This document shows, piece after piece, positions 18,681-24,249 of a DNA stretch of 24,249 bases. Source of the DNA: a virus (taxonomy: Duplodnaviria; Caudoviricetes); IMG/VR virus record IMGVR_UViG_3300009495_000075, positions 1-24,249 of that record, one strand, 5' to 3'. The notes beneath the pieces are model-generated. The model was not told the DNA's origin. It made no database searches and saw nothing but the letters and a program-made list of their open reading frames with translations. Both the position numbers and the translations under genes were made by a program. Every line of letters begins with the position of its first letter. Position 1 is the stretch's first letter.

Positions 18681-18688
18681 TATCTTTG
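18681..18688 (+). promoter_or_regulatory. -7 box TATCTTTG
   Basis: TAnnTTTG; 17-mer TTTTTTTGTATCTTTGT identical to 10674-10690; 5 nt before ATG. Confidence 0.75.
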
Positions 18689-18693
18689 TTTTA

Positions 18694-19104
18694 ATGAATT
18701 TCGAAGTAAGGAAATTAAATAATACTGATTATAATTTAATCTTAACAAAATGGTGGAAAGATTGGAGATGGACACCACCGCCTAAAGACTTTTTACCAGA
18801 GAATGGTGAAGGAGGATTTATTGTTTATGATAAAGAAATACCTGTTTGCGCAGGATTTATTTATGTAACTAATTCTAAAGTAGGATGGTGTGATTGGATT
18901 GTATCTAATTTTGATTATAAAAATAAAGAAAAAAGAAAAAAAGCATTGACATATTTAATAACAATATTAACAAATACATTGAAATTATCGGGTTGTAGAT
19001 ATTCATATGCTCTTTTAAAATCTAAATCTCTTATTGATCATTATAAAGAAAATGGTTACACTAAGGGGGATTCATATAATTCGGAAATGATAAAAACATT
19101 ATAA
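18694..19104 (+). CDS. GNAT-fold acetyltransferase-like protein
   Basis: GFIVY...PVCAGFIY beta hairpin, W..WIVSN, and terminal Y.ENGY match GNAT topology; position before ejection genes common in podoviruses. Confidence 0.6.
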   Translation: MNFEVRKLNNTDYNLILTKWWKDWRWTPPPKDFLPENGEGGFIVYDKEIPVCAGFIYVTNSKVGWCDWIVSNFDYKNKEKRKKALTYLITILTNTLKLSGCRYSYALLKSKSLIDHYKENGYTKGDSYNSEMIKTL

Positions 19105-19105
19105 T

Positions 19106-20056
19106 ATGGCAGCATTTACAACAATAGCAGCGTATACAGTAGCAGTAGGAGGCAATGTAGCAAAAGGGATTTTAGCTGGAGACTCAGCTACAGTTGCTTC
19201 TAGAGAAGCAGGAAGATTACGGCTTCAGCAAGAAGAATTAGAACAAGAATCAGTCGCTAGACTAGAAGAAAATTTTTACGATGCTGTAAGAGCAACTACA
19301 GATATTTATGACAAGCAGTTACAGGCAGGAAATGTAATGGGTTCTCAAATACTAGAAGCTGTTCAAGAAGGAGATCAGAGAGGTGTAGCAGCAGGGGCAG
19401 GAAAAGTTAAACAAGCTTCAGATGCTACGTTTGAAAAAAGTGCCGATAAAATGGCTCAACAAAAATTAATTATAGACATGGCTCGTGCTAAGGCAGGAGA
19501 AATGTCTGCTTCAGAAATAGCTAAGTTACAAGATGATAGAGCGGCAGCAGCAGGATTGAAAGCTGCTGGATTAACAGCTCAAGCGAATAAATTAAAAGGA
19601 GAGGCTACGGGTTCATTTATTGACGCAGGTGCTAGCGCACTACAAGCGGGAATTTCACTAGCAGGATCTATACAAGGTAAAGCTGGCCAAGACGCTATAG
19701 ATAGTGGATTAGATAAAGCTACAGTAGCTAAAATGACCCCAAAAGAAATAAGACAATATAATAGAGGTGATTCTGAAGGAATATTAGCTTCAGTAAATGC
19801 TGGAAGCAGATCTTTACCAGGAGTAAGCTCTGAAACTCAAGAATTGGCAGGTATACCGACAGAAAACACACTGACAAACGAAAATAATGAAGATTTATCA
19901 GAATCTCCGATGTCATTTAACATTAATGGTGCTAACTTTAGTTTTAATGAAATAACGGATTTAGCTAATAAACAACAGGCGGAAAGAGAAGAAGCCGCTA
20001 AAACTGACATTGAGAAACTTTTAGAAACCTTTTCGTCAGGTATAACAAGATTTTAA
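19106..20056 (+). CDS. Internal virion/ejection protein 1
   Basis: Ala/Gly/Gln-rich helical protein with weakly hydrophobic N-terminus and a second small-residue segment; synteny. Confidence 0.6.
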   Translation: MAAFTTIAAYTVAVGGNVAKGILAGDSATVASREAGRLRLQQEELEQESVARLEENFYDAVRATTDIYDKQLQAGNVMGSQILEAVQEGDQRGVAAGAGKVKQASDATFEKSADKMAQQKLIIDMARAKAGEMSASEIAKLQDDRAAAAGLKAAGLTAQANKLKGEATGSFIDAGASALQAGISLAGSIQGKAGQDAIDSGLDKATVAKMTPKEIRQYNRGDSEGILASVNAGSRSLPGVSSETQELAGIPTENTLTNENNEDLSESPMSFNINGANFSFNEITDLANKQQAEREEAAKTDIEKLLETFSSGITRF

Positions 20057-20061
20057 TAGTT

Positions 20062-21786
20062 ATGGGTAATAAATTAGAAGCAACAAGAGCAGCAATTGCA
20101 GCAGGTTTTACAGGAGTTAGTGATCCTAGCTCTACTCTTTCTGCAATAAGCAAAGGAGCAAAAGATATTGCAGCTTGGAAAAAAAACTTAGATGCTCAAA
20201 AATTAAAATTAAAAACAGACACCGCTAAAATAGCTAGAGATTTAGAAAAAGAAACTTATGAAAATCTACCCTCTAATGCAACCTATCAACAAAGTATATT
20301 AAAAGGATTAGCCGATTACAAAGAACAATTATACATCAATACAGCTTTAGTTCAAAAAGGAATATTAAAACCTGAAGATAACTTGATAATGCAAGAGAAT
20401 GCAAAAGAAAGTTTTAGTATAATGTCTAAATTAGTAAAAGACAACGAAAAAGATTATGCTCAAAATCAAAGAGAACTTAGTGGTTATTATCAAACAAACG
20501 ACAAAGGAGAACAAGTTTTTGTAAAACCTACAGCTGGAGCGGGTCAATTAGCTTTATCAGAACAATATAATAGATTAAACGATTCAAGTCTATACGCTAT
20601 TACTTTTGGAAATGATGGAATGGGTAGGATTAATTATTATAAAACAAAAATTGATAAACCAAGTAATACTAGAATTTTAGATTTAGATAAAAATGGTAAT
20701 CCTCAAATTGATCCTAATGTACCAAGTCAAAGTGTCTTGTCTTTAAAAGGAGGAAGGAATCAAAAAATGGCAAGAATATATATTAATGATGAAGTTGAAA
20801 GATTAACAGGTAAAAACACGGCATTTGATAGAAGTTTTCAAACATTTGTAGAAACAGATAAGACAACAGGTAAATTTATAGGTACTCTTGAAGATAATTT
20901 AAAAAACAAAGAAGGTATTGTAGGTATTATAAACAATGCCGTTTCTGCAGTAAATGTCAATCCAGCTAATATTTTAAGTATATTATCTGATAATGGGCCT
21001 GGTGAACAACAATCTAAACCATTAAATGAACTGGACTATGGATTGTTAAGTGATAAAGAAAAAAATGAAAGGTTAGAGTATTCTTATATTGATAAAAAAG
21101 GTCAAAGACAAATTGGTGTAAAAAGTAAATATATTCAGTTAAAAACTTCTAGTAATCAAACTATAGTTCCAATACTATCTGAAGAAGATAGACTTGCAGC
21201 AGAAAGAATTTCTTACACGGCTATCTATGATTCTTTAGGAAGAAAATTTACTAGAGGTGTTGTAGATCCTGAGATAGCTATTGAAGCTAGAAAAGCAGCA
21301 GCAACTCAACAACAAGAATTTACTGAAAAGGAAAAAGAAAAAGATAGACAATTACAGAGGGATCTATATGCCTCAAAAAATCAAGATTTTGTAGAAACCT
21401 ATTCAGGGTTAGATAATATAGCTATTGAACTTGACGGTACGAAAATTACAACTGCTGTAGATTTAATTGGAAATATTAGCAACTCAACAAAAAAAGATGA
21501 AGATGACTTAGCGTTTGTAGGTCGAAAAATTGTAGATAAAGCTCTGACTTTATATCCTGAATTAAAGGGATTAGATGTTGAATTAAAAGGAAAAGATGTA
21601 ATGGGTGTAGATGATGATACACTAGAGATATTTGTTGACGGTAAATTATATGACACAATTCAAGAAGGTAAAAGCGATAGTGAAAATCAGCAGTGGTTAC
21701 TGAAAAGTTTAGATAAAATATTTAGAGAGCAATCAAATAAAAATTTACAAACAATAAAAGAAGACGCATTCGGAAAACCAATATAA
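20062..21786 (+). CDS. Internal virion/ejection protein 2
   Basis: 574 aa hydrophilic, Cys-free; synteny between ejection-type genes. Confidence 0.55.
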   Translation: MGNKLEATRAAIAAGFTGVSDPSSTLSAISKGAKDIAAWKKNLDAQKLKLKTDTAKIARDLEKETYENLPSNATYQQSILKGLADYKEQLYINTALVQKGILKPEDNLIMQENAKESFSIMSKLVKDNEKDYAQNQRELSGYYQTNDKGEQVFVKPTAGAGQLALSEQYNRLNDSSLYAITFGNDGMGRINYYKTKIDKPSNTRILDLDKNGNPQIDPNVPSQSVLSLKGGRNQKMARIYINDEVERLTGKNTAFDRSFQTFVETDKTTGKFIGTLEDNLKNKEGIVGIINNAVSAVNVNPANILSILSDNGPGEQQSKPLNELDYGLLSDKEKNERLEYSYIDKKGQRQIGVKSKYIQLKTSSNQTIVPILSEEDRLAAERISYTAIYDSLGRKFTRGVVDPEIAIEARKAAATQQQEFTEKEKEKDRQLQRDLYASKNQDFVETYSGLDNIAIELDGTKITTAVDLIGNISNSTKKDEDDLAFVGRKIVDKALTLYPELKGLDVELKGKDVMGVDDDTLEIFVDGKLYDTIQEGKSDSENQQWLLKSLDKIFREQSNKNLQTIKEDAFGKPI

Positions 21787-21787
21787 A

Positions 21788-24249
21788 ATGGATAAACTAC
21801 AAGCGCTTTACAAAAGCTACCAGGAATCAGGGCTATTAAGTAGTGAAACTACTTTTGATGAATTTAAATCAGCAGATGAATCTGTAAGAAAAAGTTTATA
21901 TGACCAAGGAGTTAACAATAAAATATTAAGCGTTGAAACAGGATTTGATCTTTTTTCTTCAGCTTGGTCTGAAAAAAAAAATCAAGTCGACACTTTACCT
22001 TTAGATTTTCCAGAGGAAGTTACGGAGTCTATTATAGAAACGGAAACACAAGATGGTGTTGTGGATTCTTTAGATCAACCACCAATTGAATATTTAGATT
22101 CAGATTTTGAAGAATTAAAAAAAATATCTACACGAACAGAAGTTCCTTCTGTGTTCCAAAGTCCAGCTTCAATTAGGGCTAAAATGTTAAGTGAGCAAAA
22201 TGTTGAAATAGATTTAAATAAAAAAGAAAAACTTTTATCTGATTTTAACATAAAAAAATCTTTAGAAAAAAAAATTATAGATCAATTAATTATTGACAAA
22301 GCTTTACAAGGAAATAAAAATGCTATTAATAAACTAGAAAAAATAGCTGTTTCCAATCCAGAGGTTTATAAAAATAAAATAAAAACAAAAAATTTAGACA
22401 AGCCTTTTGCTTATGAAGATAAATCTCAATTAGTCGAAATAGAAGGTTCTGATTTAGACAATATGTATAATTCAGAAAGTTTAAAAACAATTAAAGGTTT
22501 TAATTTAAAAGATTTTGACGGCTATTTAAATGATCAAGGGTATAAAGAAAATTACTTAGAATTATTAAACGAAGAGACTTTAGCTGAAGACGGAAGAAGT
22601 TTTGATTATAGTGGTCAATACAATCCTTCTTTAGCGGCTGAAAGATTAAAATTAGAATACATTACTAACTATGTGAATAATCAAATAGAAAGAAACGTAG
22701 AATCCCAAGTTTTAAATTATCAATTAAATAATGAAGGGAAAAATCCTTCTTTAGATGGAATTAAGTTGTCTTATAGTTCGGGGATAGATGAAAAAGCTTT
22801 AACTAATTATATAGAAAAAGAGCTACCTGTAATCACTTCCAAGTTAAAACAAAGAGATGTAGCCAACCAGGAGCTTTATCAAGACATGAAAAATGGAGAT
22901 GTAAGTGCTGTAGGTCAAGCGTTTAAACAAGGATGGAGATCTGTTGAAGATAGATTAGCTAGTTTTAGCGCAGGAACTTATGATTTTATTGGAATGGATA
23001 GTGTGGCCGATGAAATTAGAATGAGTCAGGCTGAGACTGAATTGAATCGAGAAGATTTCATGAGATATGCTTATGCAAGTGGGAAAAAAACTACAGTAAA
23101 TGGAACTCAATATTTAGTAGATGATCAAAACCAAATATATGATACAGATTTAGGGATAAGAGTGACTAATGTTTTAACTCCAAATAAATCAAAACAAATA
23201 TATGCCGACGTAGAAAAAAATGGAGAAGAAAGTTCTAGTTTAAGTTTAACAGGCGGTGCTATAATTACAACAGGAATAGCGGCAGATGTTGTTCTTCAAT
23301 TAGGATTACAAAGAGGTGTAGGAATTGCAGGCAAAGGATTAGGTGCATTTACAGGTGCATTTGATACGGGTAAAAAAATTCAAAAATTAATGTCTTATGT
23401 TCCCATGAAAGCTACTACTGCTTCAGCTATGATTGCTCAAGGAACTTTATTTTCTACAAATTTATCAGAACAAACAAGAAAACAGGCGTTAGAGGCGGGT
23501 TTATCTATTGAAAAAGCAGAGGAACTTTCTGTTGTAGCAGGACAACAAGGATATTTATTAGGTACTCTTACTGCTCCATTATCTACTCAAACTGTAACAA
23601 TGGATAAGATATTTGGGAAAAAAGCAACTGAAAAAATAGCTACAGAAGCTTTAGAAACTTATCAAAAAGGAGGTATAACTGGATTAAAAGGTTATTGGAA
23701 TAAAGCTCTTCAAAAAGCAAAAATATATGGAGCAGAAGGTGGAAGAGAGGTTTTTCAAGAAAACGTACAGCAAGCAGGACAAGCATTTTCTATTGCGCCT
23801 AACGTAAATGAAATAGCGGGTAAAGAAATAATGACTAATACAATAAGTGGAGATGAGTACATGAACACTACACTCTTGTCTTTAGCAGCAGGAATATTGA
23901 TGCCTTTTGCTGGGGATATAAGTACTTCAGCTAAAACTTCATTTAACAACAGATTTAGACCAGGGGTTGCTGCCAGAGATAAAATGAATTCATTGTATAC
24001 GTTGTCTCAAGACGTTGACAAAACAACTGATTTATTAAACTCTCAAGTAACTAAAGGATTATATACCGAAAAGCAAGTGCAAGAGATTTTAAAAGACATT
24101 GAGGTTTTTAGGAACACAGTAAATTCTATTCCGACTAATTTATCACCTGAAACATCTTTGTCGGTTATGTCTGATATAAATGAAATAAAAAAACAAGAAG
24201 AATTAAAAAAGCAAAGAGATCCTGCTTTTCATGAATCTATAGATAATAA
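21788..24249 (+). CDS. Large internal virion/ejection protein (partial, >820 aa; absent from ORF track)
   Basis: ATG 21788 (MDKLQALYKS...), no stop in the stretches translated and still in frame at window end; Gly/Ala hydrophobic segments and EGGREVFQENVQQ motif. Confidence 0.8.
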   Translation, partial: MDKLQALYKSYQESGLLSSETTFDEFKSADESVRKSLYDQGVNNKILSVETGFDLFSSAWSEKKNQVDTLPLDFPEEVTESIIETETQDGVVDSLDQPPIEYLDSDFEELKKISTRTEVPSVFQSPASIRAKMLSEQNVEIDLNKKEKLLSDFNIKKSLEKKIIDQLIIDKALQGNKNAINKLEKIAVSNPEVYKNKIKTKNLDKPFAYEDKSQLVEIEGSDLDNMYNSESLKTIKGFNLKDFDGYLNDQGYKENYLELLNEETLAEDGRSFDYSGQYNPSLAAERLKLEYITNYVNNQIERNVESQVLNYQLNNEGKNPSLDGIKLSYSSGIDEKALTNYIEKELPVITSKLKQRDVANQELYQDMKNGDVSAVGQAFKQGWRSVEDRLASFSAGTYDFIGMDSVADEIRMSQAETELNREDFMRYAYASGKKTTVNGTQYLVDDQNQIYDTDLGIRVTNVLTPNKSKQIYADVEKNGEESSSLSLTGGAIITTGIAADVVLQLGLQRGVGIAGKGLGAFTGAFDTGKKIQKLMSYVPMKATTASAMIAQGTLFSTNLSEQTRKQALEAGLSIEKAEELSVVAGQQGYLLGTLTAPLSTQTVTMDKIFGKKATEKIATEALETYQKGGITGLKGYWNKALQKAKIYGAEGGREVFQENVQQAGQAFSIAPNVNEIAGKEIMTNTISGDEYMNTTLLSLAAGILMPFAGDISTSAKTSFNNRFRPGVAARDKMNSLYTLSQDVDKTTDLLNSQVTKGLYTEKQVQEILKDIEVFRNTVNSIPTNLSPETSLSVMSDINEIKKQEELKKQRDPAFHESIDN
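21972..22089 (+). other. Candidate programmed frameshift site (A10) and -1 frame extension
   Basis: A10 at 21972-21981; -1 frame open 21973-22089 between two TGA stops, no ATG. Confidence 0.55.

Noticed and set aside
22266-22296. Second A9 run in the large ejection gene
   Set aside because: -1 frame stops within about 8 codons and shows no dual-coding signature.
23341-23362. AGGTGCATTT repeated at 12-nt spacing
   Set aside because: Simple coding micro-duplication (GAFTGAF).
1876-23949. Short minus-strand ORFs in the track
   Set aside because: All lie antisense to long + strand genes with shadow-like composition and no own signals.
1-24249. Stop-codon reassignment as in some crAss-like phages
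   Set aside because: Genes tile densely under the standard code and TAA, TAG and TGA all end genes at sensible boundaries.

Overview
AT-rich, densely packed, single-strand (+) virion/lysis module of a tailed bacteriophage, most likely a short-tailed phage of Bacteroidota with crAss-like/Cellulophaga-phage-like architecture. Order: end of a BspA/DUF285-like gene; lysis cassette (small holin-like ORF, M15 peptidase endolysin, membrane protein, 3TM holin); small ORF; tandem GroES-like protein; probable TerS; TerL; portal; acidic scaffold; major capsid; three head/neck proteins; an apparently split tail stabilization (muzzle) protein interrupted by Cys-rich repeats; GNAT-like protein; three ejection-type proteins, the last truncated by the window end. 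Host assignment rests on TAnnTTTG (-7) promoter boxes upstream of five genes. The most striking observation is a candidate programmed frameshift near the 5' end of the largest ejection gene: an A10 run opens a start-less -1 frame encoding a basic/aromatic tail, predicting a ~100 aa second product. All product calls come from motif recognition and synteny, not database searches.
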